From positions 26,770,044 through 26,834,043 of the forward strand of contig JAHRHZ010000098.1 of the NCBI GenBank assembly GCA_024137785.1: a stretch of DNA of 64,000 bases. Direction: 5' to 3'. This document shows, in pieces, positions 52,801-62,279 of this stretch. The stretch is from Ginglymostoma cirratum (taxonomy: Eukaryota). Position 1 is the first letter of the stretch. Each line of letters opens with the position of its first letter. The position numbers and the translations under genes were made by a program. Below the pieces are notes generated by a model that saw nothing but the letters and a program-made list of their open reading frames with translations, ran no database searches and was not told the origin of the DNA.

Positions 52801-55800
52801 TCTTGACTATTTTGGGAGGCAGGAACTTAAGATCATTACAACAGCAATTAGACATTTGAATGGACTGCCAAGTCAATTGTTTCTACTATCTACTAGTTGA
52901 TGGTGGAAAGGAAAATGATATGGTAATGAAGATATTTGTTTCCTATAAGACACTAAATCAGTACATTTCTCGTCCCACCACCGTCAGTTCCATCAGGATC
53001 ATTTCAATTATGCCCAATGCCATCAGAACCTGGGAACAATATATGGTATCTGTGCTTAGCTGGAGGTGGCTGAATGCATTGGAATGAGAGCTTAAAACAA
53101 AACAGGCATTGAGACAGAGGAGCACTGTGTGACACAGCTAGAGAAAATGGATAAATTCTCGAAGTAGAAATAAGACTTGAGCTTGCAAAGCAAATAGGAC
53201 AATGGGAATTGTTTTGATTTGCTCTGGGAAAGCAGCATCACCGACACAAACATTGAGTGGCTTCTGCCATGCAGAACACTCTATACTTCACCTCTGAAAC
53301 ATAGCCCAAAGTTCATCCAAATTATTCAGATAGAAGTCTCCCCTCTCAATAGCCTGTCAAGGATCAGTATAACATGATGCTGGCCTGCTTGACTGTGACC
53401 CCGAGACACAAAACTATAAGCCATATATAAGTTAGCATCATTTCTCACTAAAATTGAGGCAGTCACACAGGGACAGTTAGCTGCTGTAATTTAAGAAGTA
53501 TACACTTTGTAGATCAAGGCAGGAAAGACGAGAAAGAGAGTGAAGATTAAAAGGAAGCTAAATGAATCTAATCCTTAATTAAAAAGCATACTTATTCCAT
53601 AGAACATAGAACATTACAGCGCAGTACAGGCCCTTCAGCCCTCGATGTTGTGCTGACCTGTGAAACCAATGTGAAGCCCATCTAACCTACACTATTCCAT
53701 TATCATCCATATGTTTATCCAACAACCATTTAAATGCCCTTAAAGTTGGCGAGTCTACAACTGCTGCAGGCAAGGCATTCCATGCCCTGACTACTCTCTG
53801 AGTAAAGAATCTACCACTGACATCTGTCCTATATCTATCACCCTTCAATTTAAAGCTATGTACCCTCGTGCTAGCCATCACCATCCGAGGAAAAAGGCTC
53901 TCAGTCCACCCTATCTAATCCTCTGATCATCTTGCACGTCTCTATTAAGTCACCTCTTAACCTTCTTCTCTCTAACGAAAACAGCCTCAAGTCCCTCAGC
54001 CTTTCCCCATAAGACCTTCCCTCCATACCAGGCAACATCCTGGTAAATCTCTTCTGCACCCTTTCCAATGCTTCCACATCCTTCCTATAATGCGGCGACC
54101 AGAACTGTACGCAATACTCCAAGTGCGGCCACACCAGAGTTTTGTACAGCTGCAACATGACCTCACGGCTCCAAAACTCAATCCCTCTACCAATAAAACC
54201 TAACACACCCTACGCCTTCTTAACAACCCTATCAACCTCGGTGGCAACTTTCAGGGATCTATACACATGGACACCGAGATCTCGCTGCTCGTCCACACTA
54301 CCAAGAATCTTACCATTAGCCCCGTACTCTGTATTCCTGTTACTCCTTCCAAAGTGAATCACCTCACACTTTTCTGCATTAAACTCCATTTGCCACCTCT
54401 CAGCCCAGCTCTGCAGCTTATCTATGTCCCTCTGTAACCTGCAACATCCTTCCGCACTATCCACAACTCCACCGACTTTAGTGTCATCCGCAAATTTACT
54501 AACCCATCCTTCTATGCGCTCATCCAGGTCATTTATAAAAATGACAAACAGCAGTGGCCCCAAAACAGATCCTTGCGGTATACCACTAGTAACTGATGTC
54601 ACTGACACCAAAGATGATTGACAATTCACACAGAGGAATAGTAGATTACAAGTTCATAGAAGAAATGCTATAGGCAAAATGTTTTTGTATCAGGGCTACC
54701 CCAACATGATTCCAAGGCTCAGCAGAGATAGTCCCACAGCTATCAATGTTCAATGGAGCATTTAATCACTAAGGCTCAATCTTCTCTCGTCAGAGGTTAG
54801 CAGCCTTGTATTCTTAATGGTACCAAGTTTGTGCAGCTAGTCTCCAAAGTAAAGGAACTATTGGAGGCTGGACAGAGGAAAAGTCAGTGTGTAACAAACT
54901 TGGGGCTGGGTTTTGAGAGGTCATTAAGGAGGTATTAAAAAGGGATATGACATTGGGAGGTGTGGGGTGGGTGGAAGTTGGATGTCTGTGATGAGCACCA
55001 GGGCCCCCAAACAGGAAAATCCTCGCCGCCACTTGCCTGACACATGAGCTCACGCTGCCAAGTTGTGTACTGGTCTGGGGATTCCCTTGTTTATGGCTAA
55101 AACAGTGGCAGATGTGGGATGAGGCCCTTCTGGCCATTAATCTGCCACTTATAGATTTCAAGAGGCCCAATGGACTGGCGACACCGTAATTTTCTCCCAT
55201 CAGATGGCAGACAGGTGAGGGGCAGGTGGGTAAATGGCAAGCTGGTCAAGTGTTGCACTCTACAAGCCCCTGCCCATAATCCAGCCTCCTGAGAGCAGAA
55301 GATGTAAAATTTCACCCAATCATTAATTTGGGATGAGCAGTTCTTCAACTGAAATAAATTAGGAATTACATAATATCCAGACAGCAAGCTCCACGTTTGC
55401 ATGCTGCTTTTGTACAGCTCTCCCCAGCAGTGATATTGTCTCTGAATTCAATCCAACAATTTCATAATTTAACCCCCAACAACTGAATTTAATAATTTTG
55501 CATTTAATAACATTTTAATAATTGGATCATCTGAAATCTCTAAAGGTCCAATTTTACCTCATTTGTTTTAAAAGACATTGCAAGTTTTTCTGCATGAACA
55601 CATCTATTAGCAGTACCAAGCACAGGGCTTGCACTCACTGGTTGATGTAGAATCCACGTGTGGATGCAGTGATGCTGACATGACGATCCTCCATGGTGAT
55701 GACGTTAAAATACATCAGATCCCCCCGCAGCTTACGGTTACCAGGAGGTGGATTCCACCCACTCACCATCAGACACTTCAAACACTGCAAGGACTACAGA

Positions 55801-58800
55801 GATGGTATCAATTAGCAAAACGCACCTCCCCACTGAATCCAGAGGAAGAACCAACCAGTTAAGACAATACATACTCAAATCAGAATCTCTATTTACTTGT
55901 GTTAAAGAATTCTGTGCTAGGATACAAACACTGCAATCATCTTTATTTTTCAAATGAAAGCAGAATCAGGAAAGATGGAAATAAGGTAAAGTTGGCTAAA
56001 TCTGTAATACAGCAAGACTAAAACTACAACAATGTTTAGAGCATTCCATGAACATTACACTAGCTTGTTTCTGAAATATCACGTTGACTTCTGATCCTAC
56101 CCAACTGCATTGTAATAGTAATTTCTGAATGCTGCATCTTTCTGGAAGCAAAACATTTCTGAACAGAGCAGCTGATCTGTTTTAATACACAAATATCACT
56201 TCACTTTATTGGTTTTGTAACACACCTTGCTATCCGCAGTTAGTGGCTGTAGGAATGACAGGGGCCGATCTTTAGATCCTGGCAAGATATATTCTGGAGG
56301 AGAGCAGTCGATAGTCTCAAGTGATTGATCTGAACCAGAACGTCGTTTCCTTTTTCCAGCTGAAGACATATCTAGAGGGGAAAGAACGGCATTTATAAAA
56401 TGGTTGAGTACAGGTGGAAGCAAAATTAGTTTCTCCCAAATACCCCACATTTTCACCATAGCCCTAGGACTCCCTTCAGCTCTTTAGTCAATTTGTTTTG
56501 GAATGTCACAACTGAATTTACAATCAATACAATCCTAAGCAGCACAATCCAGGTCACAATCGACCACTATATTTGAAAACAAAAGGGAGGTGATGGCATT
56601 GTGCTACTATCACTGGACTAATTATCCAGAGATCCAGGTAATGATTTAGCAATCCAAATTTGGCTTGGCCCACAGCATTGGGTGGACTTTGAACTCAGTA
56701 TACATCATTAGAAGTCTAATGATGACCATGAAACCATTGTCAATTTTCGTAGAAACCTATCTGGCTCACTAATGTCCTTTAGGGAAGGAAACCATTGTCT
56801 TCATCCGGTCTGGCCTACATATGACTCTAGACCACATCAATGTGGTTGATTCTTAACTGAACTCTCAAATGGCCTAGCAAACCATTAAGTTATATCAACT
56901 GCTGAACAGTCTCAAAAGAAGGAATGAAACCGGATAGAATACCTGGCATCTACCAAGTCACTGAAAACTACCAAAGCAGACTCAGCTCCATCGACCCTGC
57001 CAAGTTCTCCTCAGCAACATCTGGGGCTAATGCCAAAGTTGAGAGAGTTGGCTCCCAGATTAGTCAAGCTATCGCCTGCCATTGTCATACACACAGAATC
57101 ATACCTTACACACAGTGTCCTACGCTACACCATCATCACCCTGTATATATTGTCTCACTGGCAAGAATGACCCAGCAGCAAGGTGGCACAATGGTGTATA
57201 GTCAGGAGGAAGTTGCTCTGGGAGTCCTCCCAACACAATCTACAATCTCACAGTCTGGCATATCTCCCACACTATTAACATCAAACCAGGGGATCAACCC
57301 TGGTTCAATGTAAAGTGTACAAGTGCATGCTGGGAACAGAACCATACACACCTAAAAATTAGCTGTCAACCTGGTGAAGCCACAAAACACGACTGCTTGC
57401 AAACTATCTAGTCTCTCTTCGTGAAAACACTCCAGCTCAGGCAACATCCTGGTGAATCTCACCTGTAGTCTCTGTAGTCCAGTAACAGCCATGCTATGGT
57501 ATGGCAACCAGAACCACACACAGTACTTAAGCTGAGACCTACCTGACAACTTCTACAGGTCCATCATAAATTCCTTGCTCTTGTATTCAATTCCCTGACT
57601 AATAAAGACAAGTCCTCCATGTGCCTTTTTAACATCCTATTGCCCTATCCTGATGCTTTCAATGATCTATGAACATACACACTAAGGTCCTTCTAACCCT
57701 TTAGGAAAGAGTCCTATCATTCAACGGTAACACCCATGCCTTGTTAATTGTCCTAAAATTCATCATCTCACACTTTTCAAGATTAAGTTCCATTTGTCAT
57801 TGTTTAACTCACCTCACCAGCAAATCTGACTATCTTCCTGCAGTCCAAGGCTTTCCTCCTCACCACTCACTACATCACAAATTTTTAAGTCACCTGCAAA
57901 CCTACTGTTGAAACCTGCTACATTTATGTCATAGTCATAAAGATGTACAGCACAGAAACAGACCCTTCAGTCCAACTCATGCCGACCAGCTATCCTAAAC
58001 TAATCTAGTCCAATTTTCCAGCATTTGGCCCATTTCTCTCTAAACCCTTCCTATTCAGATACCAATCCAGATGCCTTTTAAATGTTGTAATTGTGCCAGC
58101 CTCCATCACTTCTTCTGGCAGTTCATTCCATACATGCAACACCCTCTGCATGAAAACGTTGCCCCTCCGGTCCCTTTTATCTCCTTCCCCTCTCACCTTG
58201 AACCTATGCCCTTTAGTTTTAGCCTCCCCTACCCTGGGTAAAAGACCTTGGCTGTTCACCCAATCTATGCCCCTCGTGATTTCATAAACCGGTATAAGGT
58301 CACCTCTCAACCTCCAACACTCCAGGGAAAATAGTCCCAGCTCATTCAGCCTCTCCCTATAGCTCAAACCCCCCAAGCCTGGCAACATCCTCGTAAATCT
58401 TTTCTGCACCCTTTCAAGTTTCACAACCTCCTTCCTGCAGCAGAGAGACCAGAACTGAATGTAGTAATCCAAAAGTGGCACAACAAATGTCCCATACGGT
58501 TGCAACAGGAACTCCCAAATCCTATACTCAATGCACTGACAAATAAAGGCAAGCTTACCGAACGCCTTCTTCACTACCCTACCTACCTGCGACTCCACTT
58601 TCTAGAAACTATGAACCTGCACTCCGAGGTCTCTTTGTTCAGCAACACTCCACAGGACCTCACAATTAAGCGTATAAGTCCTGACTTTATTTGTCTTTCC
58701 AAAATGCAACACCTCACATTTATCTAATGGATCAAGGTCCAATTGTACTCTGAGGTAACCTTCTTTGCTGTCCTCTACACCACCAATTTTGGTGTCATCT

Positions 58801-60829
58801 GCAAACTCACTAGCCATACCTCCAATGTTCACATCCAAATCATTTATGCAAATGACAAAGAGCAGTGGACCCAGCACCGATCTTGTCTCGATCATTAATG
58901 TACACTACAAGCAGAGAGGGACACAGCACTGCGTTGCTGGGTCAAAATTCTGGAACTCTCCCCTTAACGACATTATGGTCTACTGATGTTAAATGGACTG
59001 CAGCGGTTCAAGAAGACAGCTCATCACCATCTTCTCAAAAACAACTAGAAATTGGAAATAATTGCTGACCCAGCCAGCAACATCAACTTTTTTTTTTGCC
59101 AATCGCCTTAAATAAATGTTCACTGGTTCTCAACCTCACACCAGTAAGTAGTTCTCTCTGCCTATTCTGTCCAGACCTCTCAGGATCCTGAATATCTCCA
59201 TTAAATTCCTCTTAACAGTTTCTTCTCCAGAGAGACAAAAAGAAAGTTCCTCCAATTAATTCATATCACTGAAGTTTCTCAGGCTTGGAATTACGATCAG
59301 AGGTATAGATAGAGTGGACAGCCAGAGACTTGTTCCTTGGGTGGAGGTAGCTATTACGAGGGGGTATAGTTTTAAAGTGAGTGGAGGTAGATATAGGGGA
59401 GATGTCAGAGGTAGGTTCTTTACTCAGAGAGTGGTAGGGGAGTGGAATGCATTGCCGGAGAGGGTAGTGGAGTCGGCCTCATTAGGAACATTTAAGCAGC
59501 TATTAGATCGGCATATGGATGATAGTATAAGGTAGGGGTGGAGGTTAGATAGACCTCAGGTTTAGGGTAGAAGTTCGGCACAACATCATTGGTCAAAGGG
59601 CCTGTACTGTGCTGTACAGTTCTATGTTCTATGTTCTGGACTGTCTCTAAAGGCTTCACATCCTTCCTAGAATGCAATGCCTAGAATTAAACACAATACT
59701 CCAGTTCAGGCAAAGCACTGTTTAATAAAGGTTCACTATGGCTTTATTGTTTTTGTCTTCCATACTTGTATTTATAAAGCTCAGAGTCCTGTTTGCTTTT
59801 TTGACTGCTTTCACAACTTGCTCTGTCACCTTTAAAGATTCGTGCACATTTCTATCCCAGGTCTCTGTTTCGACCCCCTTTAGAATAACATGCTTTAGAT
59901 AATATTGCCGTTCCTCATTCTTCCTACCAAAATGCATCACTTCTCATCATTACATTTCAACTGTCACATGTTTGCCATTTCTTTAGCCTGTCTGTATCTT
60001 TTTGAAATCTATCACTATCCTCCTTACAATTCACAATACTTCCAAGTTTTAGGGTCTTCTGCATTCACATTTTCTTCCCCAGGGAGGCTGGTTCAAGTTT
60101 ATGTTTCTTAAAAGAATGAGAACCTGATGTTCAGCCTTAAGAAATAACATTAATGCTGTTTAAAATTATTACATAGAGTGGGTCTTGCCAACCACTGTTT
60201 CACCAATTAATTTATAGCTAGTTTAAAAAAAAAAGCCACATCATCAGAGGGAAACATCAATGATTTGTTCTTGCAAGCAATGCTGTAGCATGCAGCTTTC
60301 CAAATTAAACTGATTTAATAATAACGTTTGCATGTGCGCCAAGTCTCTTGCATCTGTCTTTCAGCATGAAAATCTAATTTTTAAAGACATTACACACATA
60401 AATCATAAAATCACCAGCAAGCTCATCAATTGAGTAAGATTGCAAATTGGTTTCCAGATGAGGTCATCATGTGCTCTGGATTACACGCTTCTGGATATTA
60501 GTTTTGAGACTGCCCAAATTCATATAGAATTGTTGAATAATAGTGACAAAAAAACCAGGTTCATCAACTCACAATGTTAGAGGCTTTTATCCTATCAATC
60601 TACACTGTATCTAATCACATCATCATGCTAACTTGTTCTATTACCCAATCTCCTTTTCATAACAAAGTACTTGCACAAATCATACCTGCAATATCTCCCT
60701 CAGAGATAGTGGTTAAGAAAGAAGAGGAGTTACACTCAATGCCATTATAAGCATCAACAGGGTCCAGACACTTCAACAGATCCCGGATGTGACGGATGTG
60801 AATCTTAACCTCTCGGACAGTATATGGTT
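7566..60829 (-). CDS. CLUH: Clustered mitochondria protein homolog family gene (CLUH-like, probably a divergent paralog); 23 coding exons in window, 5' exons not found
   Basis: Spliced ORF (3512 nt) encodes the CLU_N end ([19 protein letters not shown]), Clu domain ([78 protein letters not shown]), eIF3-p135/CLU-central region ([17 protein letters not shown]) and C-terminal TPRs ([39 protein letters not shown]). All 22 introns are GT-AG and phases agree. Confidence 0.95.
9163..9236 (-). CDS. CLUH: CLUH-like exon ([24 protein letters not shown])
   Basis: Matches CLUH VLEQLNVINGI; tttcag| and |gtaac. Confidence 0.88.
9560..10115 (+). mobile_element. Decayed L2-type LINE 3' end
   Basis: [16 protein letters not shown]-like motif and tail TGTGAAGTGCCTTTGGACATTTCACTATGTTAAAG. 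Confidence 0.65.
10357..10491 (-). CDS. CLUH: CLUH-like exon ([45 protein letters not shown])
   Basis: Close to CLUH LGEDHEKTKESSEYLK...QRTMNEIY; 135 nt. Confidence 0.93.
11437..11530 (-). CDS. CLUH: CLUH-like exon ([31 protein letters not shown])
   Basis: TPR region; atacag| and |gtagtt; 94 nt. Confidence 0.93.
12917..13038 (-). CDS. CLUH: CLUH-like exon ([40 protein letters not shown])
   Basis: TPR region; 122 nt; AG/GT boundaries. Confidence 0.92.
13436..13561 (-). CDS. CLUH: CLUH-like exon ([42 protein letters not shown])
   Basis: TPR region; cacag| and |gtaagt; 126 nt. Confidence 0.93.
14325..14755. mobile_element. Penelope-like element remnant (GIY-YIG C-terminus on -, terminal repeat on +)
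   Basis: Minus strand reads [16 protein letters not shown] (PLE GLN.D.GF terminus); + strand CACCTGACAAAGGAGCAGTGCTAAGAAAGCTTGTGATTTCAAATAAACC is a degenerate pLTR. Confidence 0.6.
14884..14964 (-). CDS. CLUH: CLUH-like exon ([27 protein letters not shown])
   Basis: TPR region; acacag| and |gtgagt; 81 nt. Confidence 0.93.
15640..15779 (-). CDS. CLUH: CLUH-like exon ([47 protein letters not shown])
   Basis: [11 protein letters not shown] motif; 140 nt. Confidence 0.93.
16800..16953 (-). CDS. CLUH: CLUH-like exon ([30 protein letters not shown]...TTIQK)
   Basis: Matches CLUH [23 protein letters not shown]; 154 nt. Confidence 0.93.
17563..18151. mobile_element. Young Penelope insertion with inverted terminal repeats spanning the assembly gap; 15-bp TSD ATAGAATTAGCCCAG (17548-17562, 18152-18166)
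   Basis: The two sides of the N gap are reverse complements of each other and match the 3' terminus of the Penelope at 33244-33313; flanking direct repeat. Confidence 0.85.
17640..18039. other. Assembly gap (400 N)
   Basis: Run of N; a second 10-N gap lies at 33160-33169. Confidence 0.99.
18810..19148 (-). mobile_element. V-SINE (HE1-like) inserted into a CR1 3' fragment (~18785-19461, +)
   Basis: Reverse complement of the 1880-2229 family (tail ATAGAATCCCT, TGTGCAAACTCCACAC, tRNA head near 19080-19148); CR1 sequence continues on both sides. Confidence 0.8.
20130..20550 (+). mobile_element. DeuSINE (SacSINE1/AmnSINE-related)
   Basis: Deu-domain-like CAGTGTAGTACTGAGGGATTGCT...AAAGAAGAGCAGG...CAATATTGATCCCTCA plus L2-like tail. 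Confidence 0.7.
20840..20924 (-). CDS. CLUH: CLUH-like exon ([28 protein letters not shown])
   Basis: Matches GLQKITLLREISLKTGIQ; 85 nt. Confidence 0.92.
21060..22070 (-). mobile_element. Decayed CR1 LINE ORF2 fragments, with a short tRNA-like SINE at ~21210-21330
   Basis: [28 protein letters not shown] and NYRPVNLT-like motifs on -. Confidence 0.6.
22668..22906 (-). CDS. CLUH: CLUH-like exon ([29 protein letters not shown]...FGYALA)
   Basis: [20 protein letters not shown] conserved; 239 nt. Confidence 0.94.
24851..24913 (-). CDS. CLUH: CLUH-like exon ([21 protein letters not shown])
   Basis: Matches ELITRSAKHIFKTYLQ; 63 nt. Confidence 0.9.
26796..26948 (-). CDS. CLUH: CLUH-like exon ([34 protein letters not shown]...LEHIS)
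   Basis: P.DG.TL....H..GIN.RY.GK motif; 153 nt. Confidence 0.93.
27555..27655 (-). CDS. CLUH: CLUH-like exon ([33 protein letters not shown])
   Basis: Matches VRFPES...AAAFLLSCQIP; 101 nt. Confidence 0.9.
29880..30000 (-). mobile_element. CR1/HER1 LINE extreme 3' end
   Basis: (AGAACAT)n tail followed by CAGTACAGCACAGTACAGGCCCTTCAGCCC; same subfamily as 59296-59637. Confidence 0.8.
30400..30750 (-). mobile_element. DeuSINE copy
   Basis: Reverse complement of Deu domain (GATGGCACCTGTGACAGTACTGTACTTCCTCAGTATTG) and tail. Confidence 0.65.
30760..31720 (+). mobile_element. Decayed CR1 LINE RT fragment interrupted by a Penelope terminal fragment (~30910-31070)
   Basis: [14 protein letters not shown] and FADDTK motifs. 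Confidence 0.65.
31765..31869 (-). CDS. CLUH: CLUH-like exon ([35 protein letters not shown])
   Basis: VGSIS.T.FDIRFNP motif; 105 nt. Confidence 0.9.
32350..33310 (+). mobile_element. 5'-truncated young Penelope-like retroelement (GIY-YIG endonuclease region + pLTR); 16-bp TSD TGTGACCTCTGATGTA (32334-32349, 33311-33326)
   Basis: Uninterrupted 219-aa frame with C..C..C zinc knuckle and [30 protein letters not shown] (GIY-YIG) ending in [13 protein letters not shown]; perfect TSD. Confidence 0.92.
33222..33257 (+). ncRNA. Minimal hammerhead ribozyme motif in the Penelope pLTR
   Basis: CTGATGA-A-GGG[TTTAGG]CCC-GAAA-CGTC: core boxes CUGANGA and GAAA, 3-bp stem II, palindromic ACGT stem III, GUC cleavage triplet ending at 33253; PLE pLTRs are known to carry such motifs. 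Confidence 0.7.
37790..38015. repeat. Palindromic Penelope terminal-repeat derivative
   Basis: GCTGGAAAATCTCAGCAGGTCTGGCAGCATCTGTGAAGAGAAATCAGAGTTAA ... TTAACTCTGATTTCTCTCCACAGATGCTGCCAGACCTGCTGAGATTTTCCAG. Confidence 0.75.
38110..38412 (-). mobile_element. CR1/HER1 LINE 3' fragment
   Basis: [13 protein letters not shown]...FT.KVV.VWN.LP on -, plus tail. Confidence 0.8.
38975..39290 (-). mobile_element. Decayed DeuSINE copy
   Basis: AAAGAAAGAACTTGCATT tail, AATTTGCGCACAGCAAAATCC, GACAATACTGCACTGTTACTGCACTG. Confidence 0.5.
39776..39873 (-). CDS. CLUH: CLUH-like exon ([32 protein letters not shown])
   Basis: ctttag| and |gtaag; phases fit both neighbours; weak similarity to CLUH YLLFMKLAA. 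Confidence 0.75.
40752..40962 (-). mobile_element. Short SINE-like element sharing its body with the 5' end of the LINE at 56585 and its tail with the LINE 3' end at ~59030 (related copies ~29390-29600 -, ~38640-38815 +)
   Basis: TCACTAATGTCCTTTAGGGAAGGAAA identical to 56767-56792; tail GGGCAAATAG..ATAAATATTGGCCTAACCAG. Confidence 0.65.
41953..42647 (-). CDS. CLUH: CLUH-like large exon, Clu domain core ([14 protein letters not shown]...LVENFVQH)
   Basis: 695-nt open exon highly similar to the CLUH Clu domain. Confidence 0.97.
43697..44087 (+). mobile_element. CR1/HER1 LINE 3' end
   Basis: [13 protein letters not shown]...[25 protein letters not shown]; (TTCTATG)n tail. Confidence 0.9.
45869..45961 (-). 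CDS. CLUH: CLUH-like exon ([31 protein letters not shown])
   Basis: RDWNEELQ motif; 93 nt. Confidence 0.93.
47204..47351 (-). CDS. CLUH: CLUH-like exon ([49 protein letters not shown])
   Basis: [14 protein letters not shown] conserved; 148 nt. Confidence 0.94.
48265..48390 (-). CDS. CLUH: CLUH-like exon ([41 protein letters not shown])
   Basis: FNPKP..HSL..LLNQISP.FKKNF; 126 nt. Confidence 0.94.
49185..49240. repeat. (GA)-rich microsatellite
   Basis: gagagagagagagaaaaagaagagaaaaagtgagagagagaaagacagagacaga. Confidence 0.7.
49250..50550 (-). mobile_element. CR1 LINE RT region (decayed)
   Basis: [60 protein letters not shown]. Confidence 0.9.
50600..51005 (+). mobile_element. CR1 LINE 3' fragment (decayed)
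   Basis: [30 protein letters not shown]. Confidence 0.7.
51020..51285 (+). mobile_element. Old Penelope GIY-YIG fragment
   Basis: [38 protein letters not shown]...ISVLGLLQC, homologous to 32345-33004. Confidence 0.75.
53598..54595 (-). mobile_element. Young 5'-truncated CR1/HER1 LINE
   Basis: [61 protein letters not shown]; few stops; (AGAACAT)n tail. Confidence 0.93.
55639..55793 (-). CDS. CLUH: CLUH-like exon ([51 protein letters not shown])
   Basis: [11 protein letters not shown] motif; ctgtag| and |gtgagt; 155 nt. Confidence 0.95.
56226..56371 (-). CDS. CLUH: CLUH-like exon ([11 protein letters not shown]...[29 protein letters not shown])
   Basis: [12 protein letters not shown] motif; 146 nt. 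Confidence 0.93.
56585..57400 (+). mobile_element. 5' end of a non-LTR retrotransposon: SINE-like 5' region followed directly by an APE endonuclease N-terminus (decayed)
   Basis: [28 protein letters not shown] and [16 protein letters not shown] (APE motifs I-II) begin ~57015; upstream region shared with short copies. Confidence 0.6.
57400..58875 (-). mobile_element. Two adjacent CR1 LINE fragments (~57400-57930 older, ~57930-58875 younger)
   Basis: [47 protein letters not shown] motifs. Confidence 0.88.
58885..59090 (+). mobile_element. LINE 3' end (non-HER1 family)
   Basis: GSKFWNS...[15 protein letters not shown] then tail CTAGAAATTGGAAATAATTGCTGACCCAGCCAGC. Confidence 0.65.
59296..59637 (+). 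mobile_element. Young CR1/HER1 LINE 3' end nested in an older minus-strand CR1 (~59110-60060)
   Basis: [41 protein letters not shown]; (TTCTATG)n tail. Confidence 0.88.
60686..60829 (-). CDS. CLUH: CLUH-like exon ([48 protein letters not shown])
   Basis: EPYT.RE..IH.RH.RDLL motif; cctcag| and |gtatg; 144 nt; most 5' exon found. Confidence 0.94.
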
Positions 60830-62279
60830 CTGAGGCAGAAACAGAAAAAAGACACTTCAATGCCGTACCAGAGCACAATACACCTCCACCGTAAACTACA
60901 AAACTCCAAAAGAATAAAGAACAATCAGAAAACACACAATAAAAATTGCGTAATGGAAATCTGAAACTACTTACCACACGCACCCACCCTCCAAAAAAAC
61001 TTTTTGAGGGGGTTGGGATGTCAATTAAAAATTTAACAACTAACATTGATAAACTAAAGATTACAGAACCGAGGCAAGTAGATGGGATAATGATCAAAGT
61101 GAGCGTTGGAATGAGTTGAGGGGCTGAAGAGTGTATTTCTGTTCCCATGTTTAACATTGAAAGCTTGGTGACAATGCTTGCAATTTATTCACAGAACAAT
61201 TCTTTTAAATGAAGATCCAACAGACGCTGATCATTTTCTGAAACAACTCATCACAGGTAGCAGGAAAGAGAGCTATTCAAATGAAATACAAATGTTTACA
61301 ACATAAATTTTAAAAAAAGGATCTAAATTAGCAACCTCAAGGTAAGGCAGTAGATGCATAATTAAAACATGTTGTTATAATACTGTGCCATATTGACTAA
61401 CAAGTCAAGTTCCACTTTCTTGTTCTGTGCAGAAGTGATGGTCTTACAAATAACCTCAGGAGGAAGGAGAATTGGCCACTGTGCAAGAAAGGTTCAATGG
61501 CCTGCTTCACTCTGGAAAGGTGAATGCATGCTAGACCATGGTGAAAGCCTCTGGTGTTTAATCTCCAGCAGACACTCCACATGAGAAGCCTGAGGATGAA
61601 TGCTACTCCAGGATGCAACACAGTATGTTCCCAGTTCAGAGCCTTGGTATCGAGATAGCAAGCTAATGTACTTGAAACACTCTTTGATCAAAGATGCCAG
61701 ATATGTTCTCTCTCCTTCTGTCCTTGCAGGAAACGAAAGGCTGTTATACCTGAAAAAAAAGGTACAGAACAGAGAAGAGGTTCACAAACTATGCACTGTC
61801 AGCAGCATGGAGGAGGGATCAATGGAGGTGGCTGACCACAGAGTCAGAAGAGGAATGATGGGCATCCCTGCAGAGGGGGCGAATACAGTCTGCAGTGTAT
61901 AGGATGCAGTGCACTGTGTCCCATCCAACAGCAGCCAAAAATTCAGCTGCACTTGGAAGGCTGGCATTACTGAGGCTTCTACTCTTCGAATAGATCCAAG
62001 GCCCCAAGTGGAATGCTGGGTAGTAGTGGCTGAGACAGAAGCCACCCCATCTAACAGGACATTAAGTAGGTCATTGCTGTTTTTCACCTAACTGGGCACT
62101 TTTCCTATTTTTAAACATCATGTAAATACTGAAAGTTGATGGCAAACGTGTGAACTTCTATTGACCAAAACAGTGACAAGAGGGATGAAGTGACAAAAAG
62201 GATTCTTTAACGAGGACAGTGAAACCTCTAGAATGATGTACATTCCTCATTTGTAGTAAGAGTGCCTCAATGGAAACAG

